From positions 2,368,001 through 2,432,000 of the forward strand of contig CBDCNP010000002.1 of the NCBI GenBank assembly GCA_965219415.1: 64,000 nucleotides of DNA, given 5' to 3'. The notes beneath the pieces are model-generated. The model did not search any database. It was not told the origin of the DNA and saw only the letters and a program-made list of their open reading frames with translations. The DNA comes from Candidatus Marinacidobacterales bacterium. Its GTDB lineage: Bacteria > Acidobacteriota > Vicinamibacteria > Marinacidobacterales > DATDRI01. Of this stretch, positions 49,891 to 59,484 are shown one piece after another. The position numbers were made by a program, and so were the translations under genes. Numbering within the stretch: position 1 is the stretch's first letter; the number at the start of each line of letters is the position of its first letter.

Positions 49891-51720
49891 ATGTCAACCG
49901 ACTACCACGAAGAAGAACTCTTAGGTAAGGCCTACGACGGCCACCTCTTGGCGAGGCTGCTGACCTACCTAAAGCCCTACCGCGTCGCGGTGGTGGTGGC
50001 GTTCTTCCTTATCCTTGCGATCTCTGCCCTCAAGTTGGTTGGACCCTACCTGACCAAGGTGGCGATCGACGACTACATCGCCGAGGGAGATCTTTCCGGC
50101 TTGAACCTCGTCGCCGGACTCTACGTGCTGGCTCTCCTCGCCCAGTTCGGCTTGTCGTATCTCCAAATCTACGTGATGAACCTGACCGGCCAGCGCATCA
50201 TGTTCGACATGCGACGTCAGATTTTTGGTCACTTGCAGAGGCTCAACCCGTCGTTTTTCGACCACAACCCGGTGGGGCGACTGGTAACGCGAGTGACGAC
50301 GGATGTCGACGCGTTGAACGAGCTTTTCACCTCCGGCGTGGTCACCGTTTTCGGGGACATCTTCATGCTGGTCGGGATCATGGTGGTCCTGATCTCACTC
50401 AATTGGAAGCTCGCGCTGGTAAGCTTTGCGGTCCTGCCGCCGCTTTTCGCAGTCTCCATCATCTTCAAACGAAGGGTTCGTAACACCTATCGTAAAGTAC
50501 GGACGCGCATCGCGCGCATCAACGCGTTCAATCAAGAGAACATTTCGGGGATGGAAGTGGTTCAGCTCTTTCAGCAGGAACCGAGGAAGTACGAAGAGTT
50601 CAAGGGGCTCAACCACACACACATGGACGCCAACTTGGAGTCCATCCTTTATTACTCCCTTTTCTATCCCATCGTCGAGATCCTCGGTGCCACGGCCGTT
50701 GGGCTAATCATTTGGTACGGCGGCGGCCAGATCCTTGTTGGCGGTCTGACTCTAGGCGCGCTGGTAGCTTTCATCCAATACTCGGAAAAATTCTACCGAC
50801 CCATCGCCGATCTAACCGAGAAGTTCAACATCCTTCAGTCGGCAATGGCTTCATCGGAACGAATCTTCAAGCTGCTAGACACTGAGCCCACCATCGTAGC
50901 CCCCGACCGGTCGCAGCGACCGGCCCACCCAGAGGGCCGTATCGCGTTCGAAAACGTGCGGTTCGCATATCAAGACGAGGATTGGGTATTGAGGGATATC
51001 GACCTCCACATCGAGCCGGGAGAGCGAGTCGCCATCGTTGGCCACACTGGAGCAGGGAAGACCTCGCTGACCAGCCTGCTTCTTCGCTTCTATGATGTGA
51101 GGGAAGGACGGATCCTGCTCGACGGTGTCGACCTACGCGACTGGAACCTCAAAGAGCTCCGACAACAGTTCGGTATCGTTTTGCAGGACGTGCATCTTTT
51201 CTCCGGAACCGTCGCTTCGAATATCCGCCTGGGTAGCCGGGAGATCACCGATGAACAGGTCGCGGATGCCGCGGCCAACGTGCACCTCGATCGGTTCATC
51301 GCCAAGCTACCGATGGGCTTCGATGAACCAGTTGGCGAGAGAGGGGCGTCGCTTTCCGCCGGCCAAAAGCAGCTCATTTCCTTCGCTCGGGCTCTAGCCC
51401 ATGACCCGCGCGTCCTGATCTTGGACGAAGCGACGTCCAGTGTAGACACCGAGACCGAGATCTTGATCCGCGAAGCCCTCGAGCGCTTGATGATCGGTCG
51501 CACCAGCATCGTCATCGCGCATCGTCTATCGACGGTACAAAGGGCGGACCGCATCGTCGTACTGCACAAGGGACGGATCCGCGAAGTCGGGACCCACCAG
51601 GCTCTATTGGCGCAGCGCGGCATCTACTACCGTCTCTATGAGCTTCAGTACCAGGAGCAAGAACTCACTCTTTCCACCAGCAAGATGGCCTCCAAGGGAT
51701 CGGCCGACCCTCATCCATGA
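49891..51720 (+). CDS. ABC exporter subunit (TMD+NBD), MdlB/YheH-like
   Basis: GHTGAGKT, LSAGQKQ and ILDEATSSVD; heterodimer partner of the previous gene. Confidence 0.93.
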   Translation: MSTDYHEEELLGKAYDGHLLARLLTYLKPYRVAVVVAFFLILAISALKLVGPYLTKVAIDDYIAEGDLSGLNLVAGLYVLALLAQFGLSYLQIYVMNLTGQRIMFDMRRQIFGHLQRLNPSFFDHNPVGRLVTRVTTDVDALNELFTSGVVTVFGDIFMLVGIMVVLISLNWKLALVSFAVLPPLFAVSIIFKRRVRNTYRKVRTRIARINAFNQENISGMEVVQLFQQEPRKYEEFKGLNHTHMDANLESILYYSLFYPIVEILGATAVGLIIWYGGGQILVGGLTLGALVAFIQYSEKFYRPIADLTEKFNILQSAMASSERIFKLLDTEPTIVAPDRSQRPAHPEGRIAFENVRFAYQDEDWVLRDIDLHIEPGERVAIVGHTGAGKTSLTSLLLRFYDVREGRILLDGVDLRDWNLKELRQQFGIVLQDVHLFSGTVASNIRLGSREITDEQVADAAANVHLDRFIAKLPMGFDEPVGERGASLSAGQKQLISFARALAHDPRVLILDEATSSVDTETEILIREALERLMIGRTSIVIAHRLSTVQRADRIVVLHKGRIREVGTHQALLAQRGIYYRLYELQYQEQELTLSTSKMASKGSADPHP

Positions 51721-51813
51721 ACTGGTTTCGGCACGCCCCGTTTTTGATCGGCTGTCCGAAAGGATCTAGGATGGTTCGCCCCAACCGGGCCAGCTCGCAC
51801 GGCGGACCCTTTC

Positions 51814-52713
51814 ATGACAGACGACGAGAGCACAAGCAATAAATCATCTGAGGAACCGGCGGAAGACATAAGTTTCGGCACTACGGTTCTCCAGTTCTTC
51901 CTGATCCCGGCGGTGGTAGTTTTTGCGTGCGTCGGACTCTTCTTGTTCTTCGGTTGGTTAGTCGCCGAGGAGAAATCGAGCGTGGATCATCTTCGCGATA
52001 TCAAGTCGGGGAGCGCGACCCGCCGCTGGCAAGCAGCCTTCGAGCTTGCGAAGCAGCTCAACAACATCGATCGGCAGGATCAGCGGGACATCGATCGGCT
52101 CGTCCCGGAGATGATCGACGCCTTTCGCGAGGCGGAGCGTGATGACCCGCGGGTCCGGCGCTACCTGGCTCTTGCCCTTGGACACGTGGGAGATCCGCAG
52201 GCGGTCCCAGTGCTCCTGGAAGCTCTCTCCGACAACGATCCGGAAACGCAAATCTACTCGATTTGGGCCTTGGGTTCCCTCGGCGATGAACGCGCGGTGG
52301 AGGCGCTCTTGGAGCTCGCGCAATCCGCCGATCCCGGGATCCGGAAGATGGCGGTCTACAGTCTGGGAACCCTAGGCGCCGAGGAAGCACGCATCACTCT
52401 CCAAGCGGCTCTCGGAGATTACGAAATGGATGTGGCCTGGAACGCGGCCATCGCCCTTGCGAAACTAGGTGACGACTCCGGTCGAGACCGGATCTTTCAG
52501 ATGCTCGATCGGGAGTTTCTGGGCTCGGTGGGGGACATGAGTGGGGAGCAGCGCAGCGAGGCGATGTTGAATGCGATGAAGGGCGCGGTGCTTCTAAAGG
52601 ATCCGTCGTTCCGGCCGAGCCTAGAGGAGATTTCGGACCAAGACCCCGATCTGAAGGTCAGACAGGCGGCCTTCGAAGCCCTGAGCCAGCTCGATAAACT
52701 ACTTGGAGAGTAG
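51814..52713 (+). CDS. Membrane-anchored HEAT-repeat (PBS lyase HEAT-like) protein
   Basis: One TM helix followed by repeats such as DPRVRRYLALALG, WALGSLG and NAAIALAKLG. Confidence 0.85.
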   Translation: MTDDESTSNKSSEEPAEDISFGTTVLQFFLIPAVVVFACVGLFLFFGWLVAEEKSSVDHLRDIKSGSATRRWQAAFELAKQLNNIDRQDQRDIDRLVPEMIDAFREAERDDPRVRRYLALALGHVGDPQAVPVLLEALSDNDPETQIYSIWALGSLGDERAVEALLELAQSADPGIRKMAVYSLGTLGAEEARITLQAALGDYEMDVAWNAAIALAKLGDDSGRDRIFQMLDREFLGSVGDMSGEQRSEAMLNAMKGAVLLKDPSFRPSLEEISDQDPDLKVRQAAFEALSQLDKLLGE

Positions 52714-52748
52714 GGGTTCCGCCGGCCCTTTCGTGGGTGCGAGAAACC

Positions 52749-52778
52749 TTGACAGCTTTCTCGTGGGGCGAATACAAT
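52749..52778 (+). promoter_or_regulatory. Sigma70 promoter of the respiratory operon
   Basis: TTGACA-18 nt-TACAAT, about 130 nt upstream of the Rieske ATG. Confidence 0.6.
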
Positions 52779-52911
52779 TGGTGTTGGCGCGGAGCTTCCG
52801 CGCTCTTGTCTTGTTCTGGGCTAAATGCGAGGGACACCGGGGGCCAGGCGAGCAGCCTCAGCTCTGGTTTCCAGACACAAGTAAGAACGAGTAGCGCGAG
52901 TAAGGTTGATC

Positions 52912-53463
52912 ATGGCAGACGAGCAAAAGGATAGTAAGCCGGCTGAGTCCAAAAAGCCGGCCAAGTCCAAAGAGGTAAGCCGCCGCGGGTTCATCATCAA
53001 CTGGCTCGCGATGGCCTGGACCTTTTTCGCCGCCGCCGTCGCGACCGGCGGAATCGCGATGGGACGTTTCTTCTTCCCGAACGTACTGACCGAAGAACCT
53101 TCGACATTCAAGATCGGTTTTCCCGGTGATTTCGCCATCGGGGCAGTCGATGTGCGTTTCAAAGAAAAGTATCGGGTGTGGATCGTTCGAAACGACGACG
53201 GCATCTACGCTATTCAGGCTATCTGCACCCACCTGGGGTGCACACCGAACTGGCTCGAGGCGGAGAACAAGTTCAAGTGCCCGTGTCACGGGAGCGGCTT
53301 CTACTCGAGCGGCATCAACTTCGAGGGGCCTGCACCACGTCCTCTCGAGCGGGTCAAGGTTGGTCTGGCAGACGATGGGCAAGTTCTCGTTGACAAGAGT
53401 CGCACTTTCAAGTTCGAGGCCGGGCAGTGGGAAGATCCCGAGTCGTTCCTCACTTTTGCGTAG
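52912..53463 (+). CDS. Rieske iron-sulfur subunit
   Basis: Tat motif SRRGF; CTHLGC and CPCHGS; GPAPRPL. Confidence 0.95.
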   Translation: MADEQKDSKPAESKKPAKSKEVSRRGFIINWLAMAWTFFAAAVATGGIAMGRFFFPNVLTEEPSTFKIGFPGDFAIGAVDVRFKEKYRVWIVRNDDGIYAIQAICTHLGCTPNWLEAENKFKCPCHGSGFYSSGINFEGPAPRPLERVKVGLADDGQVLVDKSRTFKFEAGQWEDPESFLTFA

Positions 53464-53579
53464 ATGCATCTACATGCTGCTGAACGCGGGGCTTACCTGG
53501 CCTGCGCGGTGGTTCACACTTCGTCCCCTTGCATTGAGTTGCCAAGACGGATGAACGCGGACTCTAAGAGGGGTTTCTA

Positions 53580-54377
53580 GTGCAGAAAGTACAAGCCTTC
53601 TTTGCGGACATCTGGAAGACGACGACCGACTCCCAGATTTGGAAATCCATCTTTCGACACGGGGCGCCCACCAGCAACCGCAACCGCGTCCTGGTGGTGA
53701 TGAGCAACGTCTTCCTTCACCTCCATCCGGTCAAGTCCCGCAAGGCCGGAATCAAGCTTCGCTATACATGGTGTATGGGCGGGATCACGTTCTTCCTGTT
53801 CCTAGTGCTCACGTTCACCGGATTGTTGCTGATGTTCTACTACCGGCCGACCGTCGAGTACGCTTACGCCGACATCGTGGACCTCCGCGAGCACGTGCCT
53901 CTCGGTATCATGCGAGAGATTCATCGCTGGGGCGCACACGCCATGGTGATCACCGTTTGGCTCCATATGTTTCGCGTCTTCATGACCGGCTCCTACAAGC
54001 CACCCCGCGAGTTCAACTGGGGAATCGGGGTGGTGTTACTGGTTCTCACCTTGCTGCTCTCCTTCACCGGTTACCTTCTTCCCTGGGATCAGCTGGCCAT
54101 CTGGGCGATCACCGTGGGCTCCAATATGGCACGCGCGACTCCATTGCTCGGGCATGAAGGACCCCTAGCGGCACAGTTGAAACTAGGGGAAATTAGCCTG
54201 GTGCACGCTGGAAATGACGCACGTTTCGCTCTTCTAGGTAGTCGAGTGGTGGGGGATAGCACGCTGCTGCGCTTCTACGTGCTCCACTGTGTGGGCTTGC
54301 CACTCGCTGCGGCGTTCTTAATGGCGGTTCATTTTTGGCGGGTCCGTAAGGACGGAGGCATATCCGGACCCATGTAG
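53580..54377 (+). CDS. Cytochrome b6-type (split cytochrome b, N-terminal part)
   Basis: [28 protein letters not shown] and LH...VH motifs. Confidence 0.94.
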   Translation: MQKVQAFFADIWKTTTDSQIWKSIFRHGAPTSNRNRVLVVMSNVFLHLHPVKSRKAGIKLRYTWCMGGITFFLFLVLTFTGLLLMFYYRPTVEYAYADIVDLREHVPLGIMREIHRWGAHAMVITVWLHMFRVFMTGSYKPPREFNWGIGVVLLVLTLLLSFTGYLLPWDQLAIWAITVGSNMARATPLLGHEGPLAAQLKLGEISLVHAGNDARFALLGSRVVGDSTLLRFYVLHCVGLPLAAAFLMAVHFWRVRKDGGISGPM

Positions 54378-54441
54378 GTCATGAGGGTCTCAGGACCTCG
54401 TTTGACCGACGTGGCTAATCGGGAGCCCTTAGGCTGAGCTC

Positions 54442-55563
54442 ATGGAACTAGACATCATGTCGGAAATCAAGGGTTTCATCAATTACATCTCTGGGCCGAC
54501 TGTACTCTTCACGCTCACGATCATCGGCTTCGGACTTTCTCTCTACTACACGAAAGTGTGGAGCAAGAAGGCGGGTCTCATCGCCCTCGTCGCGTCGCTG
54601 GTGTTTTTCATTCTCAGCCTCTTCGATCCTAACTTCTGGCTCATCGTCGCCAAGCCCGACAACGTCCCGATTTCGGCGATGTTGTTCCTGGTGGGTTTCT
54701 TCACCTGGTTTGCGATGTACCAGGGCGTCGAGAACGACAAGCGCATCGCTGGTGGCGCAGAGCCCCTCGAAAAGGAGCAGGCGGAGAAGGTCTGGGTATG
54801 GCCCGACCTCGTCTACACCGAGCTCATCTGCCTGGTCATCGTCAGCATCGTCCTCGTCGTGTGGTCGATCTTCCTATTGGCTCCCATCGAGCAGCCGGCG
54901 AACCCTGCTGACTCCCCCAACCCATCGAAAGCACCTTGGTACTTCTTGGGCCTTCAGGAGATGCTGGTTTACTTCGATCCGTGGTTGGCAGGAGTCGTCT
55001 ACCCGACTCTGATCATCATCGGATTGATGGCGATCCCCTTTATTGATACCAACCCGAAAGGGAACGGCTACTTCACTTGGAAGGAACGAAGGGCGGAGAT
55101 CACGCTCTTCCTGTTCGGGTTCTTGGTTCTTTGGACTCTGATGGTCGTCTCGGGCACGTTTCTAAGAGGCCCCAACTGGAACTTCTTCGGTCCGTACGAA
55201 TATTGGGATCTGCACCGAGTCGAGCCGCTGCTGAACGTGAACGTTTCCGATTTCTTCTGGGTGAAGCTGCTCAGTCGGCCCCTGCCAGGAAACCCCTTCA
55301 TCCGCGAGATCTGGGGGATTCTGGTGACCCTCTTCTACCTCTTCGTGCTCCCGGTTCTCCTGGCCCAGCCGAGCGACAAACTGCCGCGTTGGCTGCGCTG
55401 GATGAGCCTCAACAAGTACTACGAGAAGATGGGACCGACTCGCTTCTACGTGGGAGTGTTGCTGTTCCTCCTCATGGTGAGTTTGCCCATCAAGATGTAT
55501 CTGAGGTGGGCGTTCAATCTGAAGTACATCGTGGCATTCCCCGAAGTCTTTTTCAACATCTAG
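54442..55563 (+). CDS. Extended subunit IV-like (cytochrome b C-terminal) membrane protein
   Basis: VWPDL, APIEQPANP..SPNPSKAPWYFLGLQE, IPFID and FLRGPNW motifs. Confidence 0.85.
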   Translation: MELDIMSEIKGFINYISGPTVLFTLTIIGFGLSLYYTKVWSKKAGLIALVASLVFFILSLFDPNFWLIVAKPDNVPISAMLFLVGFFTWFAMYQGVENDKRIAGGAEPLEKEQAEKVWVWPDLVYTELICLVIVSIVLVVWSIFLLAPIEQPANPADSPNPSKAPWYFLGLQEMLVYFDPWLAGVVYPTLIIIGLMAIPFIDTNPKGNGYFTWKERRAEITLFLFGFLVLWTLMVVSGTFLRGPNWNFFGPYEYWDLHRVEPLLNVNVSDFFWVKLLSRPLPGNPFIREIWGILVTLFYLFVLPVLLAQPSDKLPRWLRWMSLNKYYEKMGPTRFYVGVLLFLLMVSLPIKMYLRWAFNLKYIVAFPEVFFNI

Positions 55564-55590
55564 GGCCAATGAGGGAAGAGTAGGAGAATC

Positions 55591-58389
55591 GTGGGTAAAG
55601 AAGCTCCCGGACACGCGCACGATATCAGTGGACTGAACGTCGTCTTCGCTATCACTAGTATTGCGCTCTTCATTACAACCGTGTGGATGATCTGGCATGA
55701 CTATTCGCGGGAGTGGAAGGGCTACCAACGAACGTTTTCGAAGCTGGAGCGCGAGACGACCCGGTCTCAGTTCGATGAGGCGCAGGCCGCCTTGGATCAA
55801 GACAAGCTGCAAGCGCTCGAGGAAGAGTTGCAGGCTGCCAACGACGCGCTTTTTCGAAACAAAGAGGGAGTGGACGAGCTCGAGGCGAAGCGCAAGGAGA
55901 TGGCGGACGAGAGGTACCTGGTCGATATCACGGAACGAGAGCTCAAGTCCGTGTACGACTCCAAGAAGTTTTACTACGAGGAGGGCGAGCACGCGCCGGC
56001 CGGGAAGGGTGTGAGCCAGGGAGAATTCGAGGCGCTGAAAGACGAATTTTTGACCGCCCGCGAAAAACGGATCGCCTTGGACTACGAGCTCGAGATCGCG
56101 GACAAAGAGCTCCGTGAGACTCGAGCCGAACGGACTCGGATAGAAGGCGAGCGGAAATCGCTCACCGAGCGTATCGATCTCCTCAATCGCAAGATGGATA
56201 CCATCGCGGTCAACTTTCCCAACGTTTTCCGGAACCTCCCCATCGTCGACTTCATCGACCCTTCGATCGAGATCAAGCAGGTCTTGGTCAAGAACGTGAC
56301 CGAAGATCTGAACTTCATCCAAGTACCGAGGGTGGATCGGTGCATGACCTGCCATCTCGGGATCGACAACCCGGACTATGCGGACGCGCCACAACCCTAC
56401 CGTACTCACCCGAACCTGGATCTCTACGTGAACCGAGAGTCACCCCACCCACTCGATGGTTTTGGTTGTACCGGGTGTCACAACGGTCGTGGCCGTGCGG
56501 CGGCGTTCGGCCGCGTAACCCATACTCCACGGGACGACGTCCAGAAGGTCGAGTGGGAGGAAAAGTACGATTGGGAGGCGGACCATTACTGGGACAAGCC
56601 GATGTACCCGGCGGATTTTTCCGAGTCGGGATGCCTCAAGTGCCATACGAGTACCGTCCACGTCCCCAAGGCCGACTCGTTCAATCGAGGTCGTGATCTC
56701 TACGAGAAGGCGGGCTGCTGGGGTTGTCACAACACCCGTGGGTTCGAGGATCGCCGCAAGGTAGGTCCCAACCTCGCGCACGTAGTGTCCAAGACGACAC
56801 CCGAGTGGGCGGCGCGGTGGGTCAAGAATCCCAAGAGCTTCAAGCCGTCGACGTTCATGCCACGTTTTTGGGATCTGGACAACAATCTGGACGCCGATGT
56901 CGGCGCCCGCAATAACACCGAAGTGGCCGCTATCGTTGCCTACCTCTTCGACAAGGCGGAGTCGATCGACTACCCGCGACCCGTACCCGCCGGAAGCGCC
57001 GATCGTGGACAGCAACTCGTCGAGTCCGTCGGTTGTCTTGGTTGTCACATCACGGATGAGTCCGAAGCGGCAGATGTTTCACTGCTGCGTCGTCACGGGC
57101 CGAGCCTGGCCGGACTGGGAAGCAAGGTCAATGGGAAGTTCTTGTTCAATTGGCTCAAGAACCCCAAACACTATTGGCCCGAGACCTTCATGCCCAATCT
57201 CCGGTTGACGGATCGGGAAGCTGGCGACATTAGTGCCTACTTGTTATCGCTCAAGAACCCCGAGTTCGAGCAATTGCCAGTCCCCGCGCCGGACGCCGCT
57301 GCACTCGACGAGGTCACTCTGGAGTTCTTGCGGACGAAACTGCCAGACCAGGTGGCCCAGGAACGATTGGGCGGGATGTCCGAGAAAGAGAAGCTTACCT
57401 TTTCCGGGGAAAGCCTCATTCGTCGTTACGGCTGCTTCGGATGCCACGACATCGGCGGGTTCGAGAACGCCCAGAAGATCGGCGTCGATTTGTCCGACTG
57501 GGGCTCCAAGATGGTGACCCGGCTAGACTTTGGATACATCCACATCGACCATACGCGACGCGCATGGCTAGAACAGAAATTGAAAGTGCCGCGCAGTTTC
57601 GATCGAGGAAAGGTCAAGGCTCCGCAAGAAAAACTGCGCATGGGCAACTTCGGTTTCAGCGACGAGCAGGTGAGAGACATCGCGATGAGCGTGCTCGCGC
57701 AGGTGCGCGACGAGTTTCCCTTGGAAGCCGTCAAGAGGCTCGATGCCAACGAGGCGGTCGCGGAGCGGGGTCGCCGCCTTATCCACGAGTACAACTGCAA
57801 GGGGTGCCACATCATCGACGGCGAGGGGGGTGCCATCTACGACACCATCGAAGATGAAGGAATGCGCCCGCCCAATCTGAACACCCAGGGACTCAAGACA
57901 CAAGGCAACTGGCTCTTCCATTTCCTTAAAGAGCCCTCCACGGTTCGCTTCTGGCTCAACGCCCGCATGCCGACGTTCGAGTTCAACGATGAACAAGCAA
58001 ATACATTAGTGCGCGGCTTCATGGCGATGGAAGACGCGGATCCTTATGAGACCGAGGATCAATCGGTGGATCCGGTGATGCTGTCCCAAGGTCGCGAGCT
58101 GCTGGCCCGCCTACGCTGCGAGCAATGTCACATCCCCTCCGCGGTAGGGACGATGTCCGCGTCTCAGTTGGCGCCCAGTTTTCGGCTCGCGCCGGAAAGA
58201 CTGCGGCCCGAGTGGGTCGTGAAATGGATGGCCGACCCACAGACGATAGCGCCCGGAACGCAAATGCCGCAGTTTTGGCCCGTCGATGACGAGGGAAATA
58301 TTCTTACTCCGGTTCCTGAGTATCTGGATGGCGATCCCATGAAGCAGATGGAGGCGGTTGCCATCTACCTGTCGCGGTATGGCCGATAA
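55591..58389 (+). CDS. Membrane-anchored octaheme cytochrome c
   Basis: CxxCH motifs CMTCH, CTGCH, CLKCH, CWGCH, CLGCH, CFGCH, CKGCH and CEQCH; N-terminal TM helix and coiled-coil-like stretch. Confidence 0.92.
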   Translation: MGKEAPGHAHDISGLNVVFAITSIALFITTVWMIWHDYSREWKGYQRTFSKLERETTRSQFDEAQAALDQDKLQALEEELQAANDALFRNKEGVDELEAKRKEMADERYLVDITERELKSVYDSKKFYYEEGEHAPAGKGVSQGEFEALKDEFLTAREKRIALDYELEIADKELRETRAERTRIEGERKSLTERIDLLNRKMDTIAVNFPNVFRNLPIVDFIDPSIEIKQVLVKNVTEDLNFIQVPRVDRCMTCHLGIDNPDYADAPQPYRTHPNLDLYVNRESPHPLDGFGCTGCHNGRGRAAAFGRVTHTPRDDVQKVEWEEKYDWEADHYWDKPMYPADFSESGCLKCHTSTVHVPKADSFNRGRDLYEKAGCWGCHNTRGFEDRRKVGPNLAHVVSKTTPEWAARWVKNPKSFKPSTFMPRFWDLDNNLDADVGARNNTEVAAIVAYLFDKAESIDYPRPVPAGSADRGQQLVESVGCLGCHITDESEAADVSLLRRHGPSLAGLGSKVNGKFLFNWLKNPKHYWPETFMPNLRLTDREAGDISAYLLSLKNPEFEQLPVPAPDAAALDEVTLEFLRTKLPDQVAQERLGGMSEKEKLTFSGESLIRRYGCFGCHDIGGFENAQKIGVDLSDWGSKMVTRLDFGYIHIDHTRRAWLEQKLKVPRSFDRGKVKAPQEKLRMGNFGFSDEQVRDIAMSVLAQVRDEFPLEAVKRLDANEAVAERGRRLIHEYNCKGCHIIDGEGGAIYDTIEDEGMRPPNLNTQGLKTQGNWLFHFLKEPSTVRFWLNARMPTFEFNDEQANTLVRGFMAMEDADPYETEDQSVDPVMLSQGRELLARLRCEQCHIPSAVGTMSASQLAPSFRLAPERLRPEWVVKWMADPQTIAPGTQMPQFWPVDDEGNILTPVPEYLDGDPMKQMEAVAIYLSRYGR

Positions 58390-58438
58390 AGACGCCAAAC
58401 GCCGCTAATTTTGGTGTCCAAACAGACGAGGTCATCGC

Positions 58439-59254
58439 ATGGCATCTAATTCCAATCAATCGACCGTAGGGCTCGCGATGGCGAGTGTCATCTGGCTCAT
58501 CGTGGGCGTGTCGGTGGCATTCTTTTTCAAATGGGGCGTGCCGGAACTGGCCTCCGACCGAGTCGGGTTGGACAATCTGTACTACGTGATTCTTGGCATC
58601 ACCGGGGTGGCGTACGTTATCGTCCAGTGCCTGCTCGGATACTACATTTGGAAGTTCTCCGATCTGCCTGGTGCGGAAGGAAGCGACTGGCAAGAGAGCC
58701 ACAAGATGGAGGTCGCGTGGACCATCGGAACCGCAGCCATCCTGATCCCGATCGTCTTGGTGGGGCTCAGATTGTGGAACGGAGTCTATTCCCCACCTCC
58801 CGATGATGCGATCGAGGTCGAGGTAACCGGCGCGCAATTCCAATGGGACATGCGCTACGCAGGGCCCGACGGCGTCTTCGGCCGCCGCCGCCCGGAGCTG
58901 ATTTCGCTCGAGAATCTCCTGGGTGTCGACCCCGACGACCCGGCTTCCGCCGACGACTTCTGTTTAACGAACCAGCTCGCGCTTCCCGTCGATCGTCCAG
59001 CGGTCCTACACCTTCGATCCAAGGACATGCAACACAGTTTCTTTTTGCCCCAACACCGTGTCAAGCAAGACCTCCAGCCAGGGATGAGCATCATCACCTG
59101 GTTCGTCCCCACCAAGGTGGGTGACTTCGAGATCGCCTGTGCGGAACTGTGTGGGTTGGGCCACTACCGCATGCGCGGGTTCCTGACGGTGATGGAGCAA
59201 GGCGACTACGAGAATTGGCTGACCGAGCAACCTGAGATAGGCCCCTGCACTTGA
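58439..59254 (+). CDS. coxB: Cytochrome c oxidase subunit II
   Basis: EVAWT, QFQW, DMQHSF and CuA motif CAELCGLGHYRM; no CxxCH fusion. Confidence 0.94.
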   Translation: MASNSNQSTVGLAMASVIWLIVGVSVAFFFKWGVPELASDRVGLDNLYYVILGITGVAYVIVQCLLGYYIWKFSDLPGAEGSDWQESHKMEVAWTIGTAAILIPIVLVGLRLWNGVYSPPPDDAIEVEVTGAQFQWDMRYAGPDGVFGRRRPELISLENLLGVDPDDPASADDFCLTNQLALPVDRPAVLHLRSKDMQHSFFLPQHRVKQDLQPGMSIITWFVPTKVGDFEIACAELCGLGHYRMRGFLTVMEQGDYENWLTEQPEIGPCT

Positions 59255-59255
59255 G

Positions 59256-59465
59256 CCGCGCGTGGGGGTGGGGCCCCGCGAGGATATTTAAGCGGCCCGT
59301 AAGGGCCGCCGGCCAGGAGGAATTGAGTAATTGAGAAGAAGTGCTCAAGGGAATCTGGCCGGGTTTTTAGGCGCGAGCGCCGAGCGTGGGCGGCCCGTGT
59401 CGGCCGCCAAATTACGGGTTGCTTTGACCGGGGCTAGCCAGGCGGCGGTGGGGCCCCGTGCGCAT
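59256..59465. repeat. Structured intergenic element: two GGTGGGGCCCCG units flanking an IR-bounded ~135-bp insert
   Basis: IR AAGCGGCCCGTAA (59290) / TTACGGGTTGCTT (59412-59424); internal stems GCGGCCC-GTAA-GGGCCGC, CCGGCCAG / CTGGCCGG and GGCGGCC / GGCCGCC. Confidence 0.5.
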
Positions 59466-59484
59466 TAATAGAAGGAGATAGAAC

